Notes: a model not told the origin generated them from the letters alone. Counted from the first letter of the stretch, positions 1-10,318 are shown. The stretch is 64,000 bases of DNA from an uncultured Gemmatimonadales bacterium (GCA_963783305.1 CAWAMW010000016.1:32001-96000), one strand, 5' to 3'. Numbers and translations: made by a program.

Positions 1-802
1 CGACCCCAAGGAGCGGGTAGAAGAGGAAGACCTCGCCGGCGGAGTGATAGCCGTACTCCATGGGAATCACGAGGGCCGGGTGGTCGCCGAAAACGGATCG
101 GGACACCATGGCCGCCACTACGCTCGCGATGACGATGGGCGCGAACGCGGCCACGGCGAACCCGCCGAGGATCTCCTCGAGGGCGAAGAAGGCGCCGGCG
201 AGGGGCGTGTTGAACGCGGCGGAGATGCCGGCTGCGGCGCCGGCGGCGACCAGCACCTTGACGCGGGAGGCGTCGAAGTGGAAGAGGCGGCCGAGGAAAG
301 ACCCGGTGGTGGAGCCGATGACCGCCAGTGGGCCCTCGCTGCCGGCCGCGCCCCCGCTCCCGAGGGTAACGATGCTGGCGGCGATACGGGCGAGGGTGGA
401 ACGGAACGGTAGCATGCCGCCGTTGCGCGCCACAGCCAGCTGGATGAGGGGGATGAGCTGAGTGGAGCGGGGCCGCTCGTCGCGCGCCGCGGCGTACCGG
501 CGGACGATGGCGGCGGAGGCTGCGAACCCGAGCGCGGTAAGGAGCGGCCGGTAGAAGGGGAAGTCGGGACTGGGCAACTCCTCCGCCAGCCAGCCGTACA
601 GGAGTCCGAACGCCAGGTCGATCAGGTAGAAGAAGACGATGACTCCCGCCGCCCCCGCGACGCCGATCACCACGCCGAACAGCAGAAGGATCGTGTCCTC
701 GCCCAGGCCCAGTCCCTCGAACCATTGGACGAAGCCGCGCCACCGTCCGCGGGTGCGGACGAGGGCACGACCCCGGTGGCGGTGGGTGCTCTGCTTGTTC
801 AT
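1..802 (-). CDS. CLC-family chloride channel/transporter, 3' end runs off the window
   Basis: Hand translation from the ATG at 802 (not in the ORF track): MNKQSTH...TLGSGGAAGSEGPLAVIG...AAGAAAGISAAFNTPLAGAFFALEE. Contains the CLC GxEGP and AAFNxPLAG motifs and several TM helices. Confidence 0.92.
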   Translation of the reverse strand, partial: MNKQSTHRHRGRALVRTRGRWRGFVQWFEGLGLGEDTILLLFGVVIGVAGAAGVIVFFYLIDLAFGLLYGWLAEELPSPDFPFYRPLLTALGFAASAAIVRRYAAARDERPRSTQLIPLIQLAVARNGGMLPFRSTLARIAASIVTLGSGGAAGSEGPLAVIGSTTGSFLGRLFHFDASRVKVLVAAGAAAGISAAFNTPLAGAFFALEEILGGFAVAAFAPIVIASVVAAMVSRSVFGDHPALVIPMEYGYHSAGEVFLFYPLLGV

Positions 803-917
803 TGCGCCGCAAGATGCGCCCATGTGCGCGGCGATTCAATCCCGGGCTCCAACGTTCCCGTGTGCCAGCGCGTCATTGACCCGTAACCCTGTCAACGGCT
901 CACACCGGAGTACTGCA

Positions 918-3900
918 ATGCAGCCGAACCGCCTTCCGCGCGTGCTGGCCCTCTCGATGGCCGCCGCGCTCGCACCCTTCAACGTGCCCGCCGTCCAGGC
1001 ACAGACCCCGGATTCGGCGCTGGTCGCCGGCCTGGAATGGCGTGCCATCGGTCCCACGAACATGTCGGGCCGCGTCACCGACGTCGAAGGTGTGCCCGGT
1101 ACGGGCACGTTCTACGTCGCCGCGGCCGCAGGCGGCATCTGGAAGACCATCAACCACGGGACGACGTTCCAGCCGGTCTTCGACGACCAGCGAGTGATCG
1201 CGATGGGCGATCTGGCGATCGCGCCGAGCGACCCGAGCGTGCTGTATGCCGGCACGGGCGAGGAGGACTCGCGCAATTCGATCTCGCCGGGTGCGGGCGT
1301 GTACGTTTCCCGCGACGGGGGCGAGAGCTGGACGTTCGCGGGGCTGAAGGAGACGCAGGTGATCGGCCGGATCGTGGTCCACCCGACGGACCCGAACACG
1401 GCGTGGGTCGCCGCCCTCGGCCACATCTGGGGGCAAAACGAGGAGCGGGGGCTCTACCGGACCCGTGATGGCGGGGCGAGCTGGCAGCGGGTGAAGTATA
1501 TCAGCGATCGGGCGGGCTTCGTGGACCTGGCCATGGATCCGCGGGATCCCGACGTGCTCTGGGCCTCGAGCTGGGAGCGGGTGCGTGGGCCGTGGTTCCT
1601 GGAGAGCGGTGGTCCCGGCAGCGGCCTGTGGAAGTCCACCGACGGCGGGGACAGCTGGGCAGAGGTGGCTGGTGGCGGGTTCCCGGCCACCGAGAAGGGG
1701 CGCATCGGCCTCGGCCTTGCCGCGTCCGATCCGGACGTGATGTACGCGCTGGTCGAGGCCAGGGCCGGCGACACGAAGGGGTTGAGCGATGAGGACGCGG
1801 CGGTCTCGGGCCAGAAGGGCTCCGGGCTCTACCGCTCCGACAATGGTGGTCGCACGTGGCGGTGGATGAACGACGAGAACACGCGGCCGTTCTATTACTC
1901 GCAGGTGCGCGTCGCCCCGGATGACCCGGACCTCGTGTTCTGGTCCTCCACGCCCGTGCGGTTCTCCAAGGATGGCGGGCAGACGGTGGGGCAGGCCACC
2001 CTCGGGATCCACGTCGACCATCACGCCATGTGGTGGGACCCGTCGAACCCGGACCATTTTATCGTCGGGAACGACGGTGGGATCGGCGTGACGTGGGATC
2101 GAGGCGGCACGTACGACTTCATCAACACGATCCCGCTGGGGCAGTTCTATCACGTCAGCTACAACATGGAAGCGCCGTATCGCGTGTGCGGCGGTCTGCA
2201 GGACAACGGCACGTGGTGCGGCCCGAGCCGGCGCGCCCGCGGCGGGATCGACCACCACATGTGGTACACGATCAGCGGTGGGGACGGCTTCTACTCACAG
2301 CAGGACCCGACGGACCCGGCCATCGTCTACGCCGAGTCGCAGGGCGGCAGCATGAGCCGGGTGAACCTGGCCACGGGGGAGCGCAGCCGTCTCGGCCGGC
2401 CGGACTGGCAGGAGGAGGCGCGGCCGCTGCTCGACTCCATCGCGGTGTACGAGGGGGTGGAGGAGCCGCGGGAAATGACGGATGAGGAGCGGGCGAAGGT
2501 CGACGCGTGGAAGGCGAGCGTCGCGGCGGACTCGGCCCGCCTGGACCTGCGGTACAACTGGTCGACTCCGATCCTGATGTCGCCGCACGACCCGAACACG
2601 ATCTACGCGGCCGGGAACCGGGTGCTCAAGTCGACGGACCGGGGCGACACCTTCGAGGTGATCTCACCGGACCTCACCACGGCTGACACCATGAAGATCC
2701 GGGTCAGCACCGAGGCGACGGGCGGCATCACCCCCGACGCGACCGGAGCCGAGACCCATTCCACGATCGTCATCCTGGCGGAGTCTCCGCTGGTTCAGGG
2801 GCTGCTGTTCGCCGGGACCGATGATGGCAACGTCTGGATGAGCCGGAACGACGGCGGCGACTGGGAGCAGATCGAGCACCGGCGGTTCGAGCGGCTCCCG
2901 CCCAACACGTGGGTCAGCCGGATCGAGCCGAGCCACCACGACGCCGACCGGTTCTTCGTCAGCTTCGACGGCCATCGCTCGGATGACTTCACCCCGTACG
3001 TCTACATGACCGACAACGGCGGTCGTCGATTCCGCAGCATCGCGAAGGGGCTCCCCACAGGCGCGCCCGACTTCGTCCACGTGATCCGGGAGGACGCGGT
3101 CAATCCGGACCTGCTCTTCGTCGGCACGGATGTGGGCGTCCAGGTATCCACCGACCGCGGGCGCAGCTGGCGGCCGTTCATGCAGGGGCTGCCCACGGTT
3201 CCGGTGCACGACCTCCAGATCCATCCGCGCGACAGCGAGCTGATCGCGGCGACGCACGGCCGCTCCATCTGGATCGTCGACATCGCGCCGCTCCAGCAGC
3301 TACCCGAGGTCCGACCCGCCCGGATGCCGGTGGTCTTCGCCCCGCGGCCGGCGCTGCAGTATGGCGACGTGGCGTCTGGCGGCGAGTCCGCCGGGCACCG
3401 CTACTTCGAGGGTCAGAGCCCCGATTTCGGGGCGGCGGTCACCTACTGGATCCCGCAGGGGTGGAAAGCCCCGCCCGCCGCGGACACAGCGGCGGAGAAC
3501 GAGGAGGAGGCCGGGGATCGCCCCCGCCGTGGCGGGCGCGGTGGGCCGCAGGTCCAGATGGCGGTGCTGAGTGCCGCCGGCGATACCGTGGCGAGCCTGA
3601 ACGGCCCGGCCCGGCCGGGGCTCCACCGGGTCTACTGGAACCTCCGCGAACGGTCGGAAGAAGCGGAGGCGAAATCGCCTTCGGAGCTCCGGGACAGCCT
3701 GGTGGCCGCGCGTGAGATGCTGGTCGTGGCCGACTCGCTGGTGGAGCACGAGGGCGTGGACCGCCGCGTGGCCGACCGCGCGGTCGAGATGCTCAAGAGT
3801 GGCGACCGCTCGGCCATGTGGGGCGGCCGCGGTGGTGGCGGCGACTCCGCACGACCGGGCGAGAGCTACCCGGCGGAGCCGGACCCGGCTCAGGGGGCGG

Positions 3901-4250
3901 AGGCGGAGGCGGCGGCAGAGCCCGCGGCAGAGCCCGAGGCAGAGCCCGCGGGCGAGGCGGTGGCCGGAGTGGCGGCTGGCGAGCAGGAGGCGCAGCCGTC
4001 GAGGGAGCAGATCGGCGAGGTGGTCCGTCAGATCTATTACGGCCTGCGGGACCGAGACATCCGCATGAGCTTCCGCGGCTGGGGCGGCGGCGGTCCGTCG
4101 TGGGTGGAGCCGGGCGCGTATACGGTGACGGTGAAGATCGGTGACGAGGAGATCACCCGCGATCTCACGGTGGTCCGCGCGGACGGCTTCGTGCCGGAGG
4201 AATCCGAGCGCAGCGGTCTGACCTTCCGCGACTGGTGGAAGGGCCGGTAG
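918..4250 (+). CDS. Secreted BNR/Asp-box repeat beta-propeller protein (VPS10/sortilin-like, 'glycosyl hydrolase' family)
   Basis: GGAG RBS at 907 and signal peptide (MQPNRLPRVLAL...AQ). Has WRAIGP-SGRV and repeated S-x-D-G-G-x-S/T-W Asp boxes, GGLQDNG and ATHGRSIW. Start trimmed from the 639 ORF call. Confidence 0.85.
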   Translation: MQPNRLPRVLALSMAAALAPFNVPAVQAQTPDSALVAGLEWRAIGPTNMSGRVTDVEGVPGTGTFYVAAAAGGIWKTINHGTTFQPVFDDQRVIAMGDLAIAPSDPSVLYAGTGEEDSRNSISPGAGVYVSRDGGESWTFAGLKETQVIGRIVVHPTDPNTAWVAALGHIWGQNEERGLYRTRDGGASWQRVKYISDRAGFVDLAMDPRDPDVLWASSWERVRGPWFLESGGPGSGLWKSTDGGDSWAEVAGGGFPATEKGRIGLGLAASDPDVMYALVEARAGDTKGLSDEDAAVSGQKGSGLYRSDNGGRTWRWMNDENTRPFYYSQVRVAPDDPDLVFWSSTPVRFSKDGGQTVGQATLGIHVDHHAMWWDPSNPDHFIVGNDGGIGVTWDRGGTYDFINTIPLGQFYHVSYNMEAPYRVCGGLQDNGTWCGPSRRARGGIDHHMWYTISGGDGFYSQQDPTDPAIVYAESQGGSMSRVNLATGERSRLGRPDWQEEARPLLDSIAVYEGVEEPREMTDEERAKVDAWKASVAADSARLDLRYNWSTPILMSPHDPNTIYAAGNRVLKSTDRGDTFEVISPDLTTADTMKIRVSTEATGGITPDATGAETHSTIVILAESPLVQGLLFAGTDDGNVWMSRNDGGDWEQIEHRRFERLPPNTWVSRIEPSHHDADRFFVSFDGHRSDDFTPYVYMTDNGGRRFRSIAKGLPTGAPDFVHVIREDAVNPDLLFVGTDVGVQVSTDRGRSWRPFMQGLPTVPVHDLQIHPRDSELIAATHGRSIWIVDIAPLQQLPEVRPARMPVVFAPRPALQYGDVASGGESAGHRYFEGQSPDFGAAVTYWIPQGWKAPPAADTAAENEEEAGDRPRRGGRGGPQVQMAVLSAAGDTVASLNGPARPGLHRVYWNLRERSEEAEAKSPSELRDSLVAAREMLVVADSLVEHEGVDRRVADRAVEMLKSGDRSAMWGGRGGGGDSARPGESYPAEPDPAQGAEAEAAAEPAAEPEAEPAGEAVAGVAAGEQEAQPSREQIGEVVRQIYYGLRDRDIRMSFRGWGGGGPSWVEPGAYTVTVKIGDEEITRDLTVVRADGFVPEESERSGLTFRDWWKGR

Positions 4251-4263
4251 CGGGCCTGCACCG

Positions 4264-4938
4264 ATGAACGTCGCCATCGCAGGCGCTTCTGGCGTCGTCG
4301 GCTCCCGGGTGCTGCATGACCTCCTGGCCCGCGGCGATGTCGGGCGCGTGCTGGCCGTCGGGCGTCGGGTGTTGCCGGCCACGCACGAGAAGCTCGACTC
4401 GGTGGTCGCCGACTTCGCCCATCCGCCCTCGGTGACATCGGCCCTCCCGGACGTTGTATCCGTGGCGTTCTGCTGCCTCGGGACGACGATGCGGCGGGCG
4501 GGGTCCAGGGAGGCGTTCCGGGCGGTGGATCACTACGCGGTGCTGGCGTTCGCCGAGGCGGCCCGGCTGCGGGGTGCGGAACGATTCGTCGTCGTCAGCT
4601 CCATCGGCGCGGACCCGGGCGCCCGGAGCTTCTATCTGCGGACCAAGGGTCAGACGGAGGAAGCGCTGGCGGGTGTGGGGTTCCGGCGGCTGATCGTCGT
4701 GCGTCCGTCGCTGCTGGACGACGAGGGGGCCCGCGACGAGTTCAGAATCGCGGAGCGGTTCACTCTCATTCTGGCCCGGCTCGCGTTCAGGGTGCTCGGC
4801 CGGACCCGACGCTACGCGCCGATCCGGGCGGACACCGTCGCCCGTGCGATGGTGCAGCTCGGGCTCGAGGAGGGGGAGGACGGGGTGCGGATCGTCGAGA
4901 GCGATCGGCTCCACGAAATCGCGGGCGCTGCCTCGTAG
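4264..4938 (+). CDS. NAD(P)-binding atypical SDR (TIP30/YraR-like)
   Basis: GASGVVG Rossmann motif, FCCLGTT, VSSIGAD, FYLRTKG, RPSLL. Confidence 0.88.
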   Translation: MNVAIAGASGVVGSRVLHDLLARGDVGRVLAVGRRVLPATHEKLDSVVADFAHPPSVTSALPDVVSVAFCCLGTTMRRAGSREAFRAVDHYAVLAFAEAARLRGAERFVVVSSIGADPGARSFYLRTKGQTEEALAGVGFRRLIVVRPSLLDDEGARDEFRIAERFTLILARLAFRVLGRTRRYAPIRADTVARAMVQLGLEEGEDGVRIVESDRLHEIAGAAS

Positions 4939-4978
4939 CGGGGTGCTGAAGGAGTCACAGGGGGGGGTCGAGGGTCGA

Positions 4979-5075
4979 TCCTCGGGGTCGCTTCGCTTCC
5001 CGAGGACCCCGCTGGCGCGGGGGGTCGATCGCCCGCGCTTCGCGCGAGGCGACCGCGCTGCGCGCGGCGTCGAAG
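4979..5075. repeat. REP-like hairpin cluster between convergent genes
   Basis: Stem tcctcggg/cccgagga around gtcgcttcgctt, plus a gcgcttcgcgc mini-hairpin. The core resembles the 26802 repeat unit. Confidence 0.5.
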
Positions 5076-5138
5076 CCATCGATCAGCGAGCGCAGCTCCC
5101 GCCCACCGCTTTTCAGCGACCTGCCAGGGCCGCGGTGA

Positions 5139-5954
5139 TCAGTACTGAACGCCGAGCTGACTGGTTGCGCCGCGTCCGCTGGCGATCAGCTCGACCGTCC
5201 AGTTGTAGGGATCGATGCCTTCGGCGTCCTGCTCCTGATACGAGCGGCTGTACCTCACCATCCCGCCCGGCACGTCATCCACCAGCCACCACTCGTAGGT
5301 GCCTGCATCCATTCCGCCGTAGCGGAGGTGTTGGGCCGTGTAGGAGCCGGCCGGCACCCGTACGGTCTCGCTGCCCACGATAGCGCCTTCCATGCTCTCC
5401 CGGGTCAGCCGCCGGGGCTCGACGTACCCGTAGGTCCCCTCCTCCACAGGCATCTCGCTCGCCTCTTCTTCGCCGGGCATCTGGCCGCGCATCCGGACGA
5501 ATTCGCCGGTGTCGGGTTCGAATAGCGCCTCGACGGTGATGCTGTCCCGGCCTTCCTCGGTGGCCGAGATGTACTTCACCCGCCACCACTCGCGCCCGTC
5601 CTCCCCGCGGTGCAGGAACGCCCGCTCCATCTCCGGCGCCTCGCCCCCGGCGTCGGCGTCCATCATGCGCCACCGCGTCCATTCGCCGGGCTCGTAGTCC
5701 GTGCCCGGGAAGGTGTATGACCCCGAGTGGAACGCCATGGTCAGCAGGTAGTTCATGTATATGCCTGTCAGGTTCGGCGACCAGAGGACGGGCATTCTCG
5801 CCGCCAGTGCGCTCCCGGCCGCCGCGCCCACTCTATCGCCGACCGCGTTGCCGACGCCGCGACCTGCCGCATCGAGCGCGCTGTCCAGCGTGGAGGCACA
5901 CCCGCCCAGAGTGAGAGCGGATGCGAGGATGAGAGATGTGCGCAATGACGTCAT
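5139..5954 (-). CDS. Hypothetical lipoprotein
   Basis: GGAGG RBS, then MTSLRTSLILASALTLGGC (lipobox). Glycine-zipper-like stretch followed by a beta-rich C-terminus (ETVRVPAGSY). Start trimmed from the 6413 call. Confidence 0.75.
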   Translation of the reverse strand: MTSLRTSLILASALTLGGCASTLDSALDAAGRGVGNAVGDRVGAAAGSALAARMPVLWSPNLTGIYMNYLLTMAFHSGSYTFPGTDYEPGEWTRWRMMDADAGGEAPEMERAFLHRGEDGREWWRVKYISATEEGRDSITVEALFEPDTGEFVRMRGQMPGEEEASEMPVEEGTYGYVEPRRLTRESMEGAIVGSETVRVPAGSYTAQHLRYGGMDAGTYEWWLVDDVPGGMVRYSRSYQEQDAEGIDPYNWTVELIASGRGATSQLGVQY

Positions 5955-6145
5955 GGTGATCCTCCGGCTGAGAACGCAGTACTGAAGGGGGCGACCGATC
6001 GGCCGTCGAGGCTGCAACACATTGAGTTTATACTGCGAGGCAGTCGCCTTCAAGGTTCTTGGCCCGGCGCCGGGCCGCGCCATTGCGCCCGGGGACACAA
6101 TGATTCGTGCTCCAGGAGGCCATGGGGGCAGGCAGCCCGGCCGTC

Positions 6146-7033
6146 TCATCGAACCACGAGCTGCGCGAGCAGCTCCTGGATTGCCGTGCGCCAGACCAGA
6201 GGCGCGCCGGGCAGATCGGAGCGAACGGCGGTCCGGACGGCGTGGACGTCGTGGTCCGAGATGAGCTCGTGGGCTCCCAGTGAGACGAGCACGATGTTCG
6301 TCCGCCGGGCGAGCAGCCCCTCGGCGCCGATCCGCTCGGCCCGGCCGGTGGCGTCCACGAGTGCGCCGGTGAGCTGGAGAACCTGGACGGGCTGGTCCAG
6401 CGCCGTCAGCCACGGGACCCGCGCGGTGTGATCGGTGCCGAGCCGCACCTCCTTGTCACCTCTGAAGTTCCGCTGGTGTGGCCAGTACTGCCCGACCTCC
6501 AGCGTGAGCACGAGGACCCGGTCCGCGCCCACCTCGGCGAGGGCCGCCGGAAGCGCCGCCGCCCATTCGGAAGACGGCCGCCCCACGGACAGTCGCAGCA
6601 GGGGCTCGCCATGACGGTTCTGAGCGGCGCTTTCGTGGGTGCATTCGTCCAGGGGGGCGAGATCGCAGCCGAACCGCACATCGGGTGCGACGCCGCGCAC
6701 GGGCGTGGTGAGCGGAGTGGTCACCGCGAGGGAGTCGAGGTACGCGTTCATCTCGGCCAGCAGTGCCATGATGGGGCTGTCCGGTTGAGCTTCCGGATCG
6801 AACAGCTCGGCCTGCGCCGCGCCGCGCTGGTAGGCAATGGGCACGTGCGCTACCCGGCCGGTGGGGTGCGATCCCTCTCCAGCGTAGTACGGCGGCTCTT
6901 CCAGCAGGGCGTCGCCCACGCCGCTCCGGAACGTGGAGCCCGCGGTGGCGCAGCCTGCGGCGGAGAGCATGGTCAGGAGGGGCGCGATGAGAAGCCGTGG
7001 GACTCTGCGGAATCGGGGCTGCGGATGTGTCAT
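6146..7033 (-). CDS. Hypothetical lipoprotein
   Basis: Signal peptide with lipobox AAGC and protein-like composition. Confidence 0.72.
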   Translation of the reverse strand: MTHPQPRFRRVPRLLIAPLLTMLSAAGCATAGSTFRSGVGDALLEEPPYYAGEGSHPTGRVAHVPIAYQRGAAQAELFDPEAQPDSPIMALLAEMNAYLDSLAVTTPLTTPVRGVAPDVRFGCDLAPLDECTHESAAQNRHGEPLLRLSVGRPSSEWAAALPAALAEVGADRVLVLTLEVGQYWPHQRNFRGDKEVRLGTDHTARVPWLTALDQPVQVLQLTGALVDATGRAERIGAEGLLARRTNIVLVSLGAHELISDHDVHAVRTAVRSDLPGAPLVWRTAIQELLAQLVVR

Positions 7034-7194
7034 GGGATCCAGCCTCTTCTGGAGGGGGCGTCGGCGGCGGCTACATCGCTCGACTACGGTGTCGCCTCCT
7101 ATCTAGCCCGACCCGATTATCGAGCGATTAAAACGTCCTGCGACCGGCGCGTTGCGCGTTCTCATGTGGCCCACCCCTCCAACAGGAGCCCTTC

Positions 7195-7992
7195 ATGCGC
7201 CCGACCGTGCTCAGCCTCTTCCTCCTGACCTTCACCGCCATTCATGCGGCCTTCGCCGCCCCCGCCCGGGCGCAGGAGCAGGCCCAGCAGCAGGAGCCCG
7301 ACCCGGAGCGGTGCCGCGAGCACGCGGAGTGGCGGCAGCTCGATTTCTGGATCGGGAGCTGGGACGTGATCCACCCGGAGGATGGCCGGCGGCTGGGCGT
7401 GAACGTGATCGAGCCCATGCTGAACGGGTGCGCCCTGATGGAGAACTGGACCTCGGTTCGTGGCGGCACCGGGAAGAGTCTGAACTTCTACGACCCGCAG
7501 CGGCGGACCTGGCGGCAGGTCTGGGTCGACGCGTTCGGCAGCGTGCTCGACTACCGGAGCGGGGAGTTCCGGGACGGCGCGATGCACTTCAACGGCATCA
7601 CCATCAGTCCGGCCGGAGACACCACGTTCCAGAGGCTGACCTTCCACCACGTATCCGCGGACACCGTGCGGCAGGTGTTCCATTCATCGCAGGACGGGGG
7701 CGCGACGTGGACGGAGGACTGGGAGGGGATCTATGTCCGACGTGCGGCGGGCTCGCAGGGTGGGGGGGCGGGACCCCTGGCCGAGGCAAGTCGCTCCCGG
7801 ACCTCCCCCAGGATGCGGGCGTGCCCGGCTTCCGCCTCCGCGCGGCTGGTCCAGTACCAGCTGCCCTGCGTGTCATCGGGGAGCCCGGTGACGTCCGTGG
7901 CGAATGGCGCCGCGAGGTCCCCAGCGCTTCGACCGTGGTTGATTCCATTGAAAGTAGTGGCGACGCAGACGGTCCGGCCAGGCGGCGTGTAG
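7195..7992 (+). CDS. Secreted beta-barrel-like hypothetical protein (DUF1579-like), with a probable read-through C-terminal tail
   Basis: AGGAG RBS, signal peptide, LDFWIGSWDV, WRQVWVD, SQDGGATW. The last ~80 aa are the antisense of the neighbouring gene. Confidence 0.7.
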   Translation: MRPTVLSLFLLTFTAIHAAFAAPARAQEQAQQQEPDPERCREHAEWRQLDFWIGSWDVIHPEDGRRLGVNVIEPMLNGCALMENWTSVRGGTGKSLNFYDPQRRTWRQVWVDAFGSVLDYRSGEFRDGAMHFNGITISPAGDTTFQRLTFHHVSADTVRQVFHSSQDGGATWTEDWEGIYVRRAAGSQGGGAGPLAEASRSRTSPRMRACPASASARLVQYQLPCVSSGSPVTSVANGAARSPALRPWLIPLKVVATQTVRPGGV

Positions 7993-8288
7993 CGGGATCC
8001 TTCCCAGCCGCTGACGACGGGCGGCGCCGAAAGCATTCGCCCCTGTGCGTCGAGCCACGTCGTGGCGATCTCCAGGCGCCCGGAGCAGACCGCCAGTCGG
8101 ATCCAGTGGGCCCAGGCGTTGTAGTCCGGCGCCGGCACAGTGGTACGGCCGTCCGCCAGCAGGATCCAGTAATAGGGCAGTCCATTGACCTCGGCGGAGC
8201 CCCGGCCCTGGTCGCAGCCCGCGCCGATCCGATGCGGCGCTCCCTCCGCGCGCCCTTCCGACCCTGGCACAGCTGGCCTTGGCTCCAT
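7731..8288 (-). CDS. Hypothetical protein (start uncertain)
   Basis: Protein-like core YWILLADGRTTVPAPDYNAWAHW...VATTFNGINH...WTSRAEAEAGHARILGEVR. From memory it resembles a small bacterial/phage hypothetical family ending in EAEAGH. Confidence 0.55.
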   Translation of the reverse strand: MEPRPAVPGSEGRAEGAPHRIGAGCDQGRGSAEVNGLPYYWILLADGRTTVPAPDYNAWAHWIRLAVCSGRLEIATTWLDAQGRMLSAPPVVSGWEGSRYTPPGRTVCVATTFNGINHGRSAGDLAAPFATDVTGLPDDTQGSWYWTSRAEAEAGHARILGEVRERLASARGPAPPPCEPAARRT

Positions 8289-8470
8289 GGCGTATACGGA
8301 TACCTCTCGCCCATCACCCGGGCGTCATTCCGGGCCGTGTGGCGTGCGAAGGCCGATCGGGCATGCGGTGGCTGGCCGGCCCCGTCCTGGCTCGGAGAAC
8401 AGGGGCGGGGGCGGGCAATTCGCTTCATTGCAGGGGCAGGGGTGGCACTGTACGTTGCCGCGGAGGAGTG

Positions 8471-10318
8471 ATGACGCTCATGAACCGACCCAAACTGCGC
8501 GTCGTGACGTTCGGGCAGCTCGACCTGGTGCTCGAAGGTGGCGAGCCCGCGGAGGCGCTCCTTGCGCAGCCGAAGCGGGCGGCGGTGCTGATCCACCTGG
8601 TGCTGACGTCCCAGGCCGGGATGAGGACCCGGGACCAGCTGCAGGCCATGTTCTGGCCGGAAGCGGAGCCCGCGCGGGCGCAGCACTCGTTGCGTCAGGC
8701 CCTACACGTCCTCCGCCAGCACCTCCCTCCGGACGTGATCTCGAGCCGGGGCGGACACGCCGTGGGTGTGAGAGCGGACGTCGTGCGCTGCGACGCCCAC
8801 GAGTTCCGCGAGCTGGTGGGCGCGGAGCGGCTGGAGGAGGCGCTCTCGCTCTACACGGGAGATCTTCTCCCGGGGCTCTTCCTGGGGGAGGGGGCGGGGT
8901 TCCACGAATGGCTGGAGGGGGAGCGTCGGCTCCTGCGGCAGCTGGCGGTGTCCGTGGCGCTGCGGCTTGCGCGCCGTCAGTCGAGCGATGGGCGCAGATC
9001 GGACGCGGTGGGCACGCTGCACCAGGCCCTCCGCCGCGCGCCGCTGGACGAGGTGGTGCTGCGGGACGTGCTGGAGCTCCTGCTGCTCATGGGGGACCGA
9101 GCGACGGCGTCGGAGATCTATCGTGACTTCGTCCAGCGGCTGGGTGTGGAGCTGGGGCTCGAGCCATCCCCCGAGACGGCGGCTCTCGGAGCGGCGGTGG
9201 AGCATGCGATCCCCCGGCCGTCCTCCGTTCCTGCCGGGTCCGTCACGTCCGGCGCGGAGCCGGCGCGATCGGGGGCCGGGAACGGTGCTGCGGCCGGGAA
9301 CGGTGTTGCGACGGGCGCGGTCTCGCCGGGTCTCCCGTCGAGCCCCGTGGCGCTGGACGTCTTCCACCTGTACCAGAAGGGGCGGATGCTGGTGGAGCAG
9401 CGGACGCCGGGCGCGGTCCGGCAGGCGATCCGTTCGTTCGAGCAGGCGGTGCGTCTGGAGCCGCGCTTCGCGGAGGCGCACGACGGGCTGGCCGAGGCGT
9501 GGATGGTGCTGCCGGTCTACGTGCGGATGCCGGCGGACGAGGCGCGAGCCCGCGTTCTCCATCACGCGGAGCAGGCGCTGCGCCTCGATCCGACCCTGGC
9601 ATCCGCGCACGCCCACCAGGCGTGGGCCCGTCTGGTCTTCGACTGGGACTGGGAGGCGGCGGAGTCCGGCTTCGTGCAATCTCTTGAACTGGATCCGCGC
9701 GCGGTGGAGCCCCGCCTCACCTATGCGGTGTACCTCCTCTCGAGCATGGGCCGGTTCGATGAAGCGGTCGCCGAGCTCGAGGCCGGCCGGGCCCTTCAGC
9801 CCACCGCGCCGCACCTGACCGCCTACCTGGGGCTGGTCCGCTATTTCGCACGGGACTACGAGCGGTCGCTGCAGGAGTGCTCGGCGGTCCTGGACCTGGC
9901 GCCCGACTTCCCGCTGGCGAACTGGGTGTGTACGTGGGCGGAGGGTGCCCTCGGCAATGGCGAAGCGGCGCTGACCGCCGCTCGAAAGGCCGTGGAGGCG
10001 ACGCAGCGGAACCCGCTCATGCTCTCGCACCAAGGCTACGCGGCGGCGGTGGCCGGGGATGCGGCGCAGGCGCGTGGCATCCTGTGCGAACTGGAGGGGG
10101 CGAGTCCGGTCGGCGACGCGATTCCCGAGTTCTTCACTGCGGCGATCCACGCCGCCCTCGGCGAGCCGGACGTCGCCCTCGAGCAACTCTATCGCGCGTA
10201 CCGAGAGCGATCCCCCCATATGGTGCTTGCTCCCATGATTCCCCTCTTCGACTCACTCCGTGAGCATCGTCGGTTCGGCGAGATCGCCAGCCGGATGGGA
10301 CTCGTCGCCGTGAGCTGA
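8471..10318 (+). CDS. SARP/AfsR-like BTAD-domain transcriptional activator with C-terminal TPRs
   Basis: GGAGG RBS; QPKR, RDQLQAMFWPE, SLRQALHVLR, LYTGDLLPG, WLEGER, LGLEPSPET; TPR block with LVFDWDWEAAE. Confidence 0.88.
   Translation: MTLMNRPKLRVVTFGQLDLVLEGGEPAEALLAQPKRAAVLIHLVLTSQAGMRTRDQLQAMFWPEAEPARAQHSLRQALHVLRQHLPPDVISSRGGHAVGVRADVVRCDAHEFRELVGAERLEEALSLYTGDLLPGLFLGEGAGFHEWLEGERRLLRQLAVSVALRLARRQSSDGRRSDAVGTLHQALRRAPLDEVVLRDVLELLLLMGDRATASEIYRDFVQRLGVELGLEPSPETAALGAAVEHAIPRPSSVPAGSVTSGAEPARSGAGNGAAAGNGVATGAVSPGLPSSPVALDVFHLYQKGRMLVEQRTPGAVRQAIRSFEQAVRLEPRFAEAHDGLAEAWMVLPVYVRMPADEARARVLHHAEQALRLDPTLASAHAHQAWARLVFDWDWEAAESGFVQSLELDPRAVEPRLTYAVYLLSSMGRFDEAVAELEAGRALQPTAPHLTAYLGLVRYFARDYERSLQECSAVLDLAPDFPLANWVCTWAEGALGNGEAALTAARKAVEATQRNPLMLSHQGYAAAVAGDAAQARGILCELEGASPVGDAIPEFFTAAIHAALGEPDVALEQLYRAYRERSPHMVLAPMIPLFDSLREHRRFGEIASRMGLVAVS

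Noticed and set aside
8443..8458. Sigma54 promoter (TGGCAC...TTGC)
   Set aside because: GG-GC spacing is 11 rather than 10 nt, and it lies almost on the RBS.
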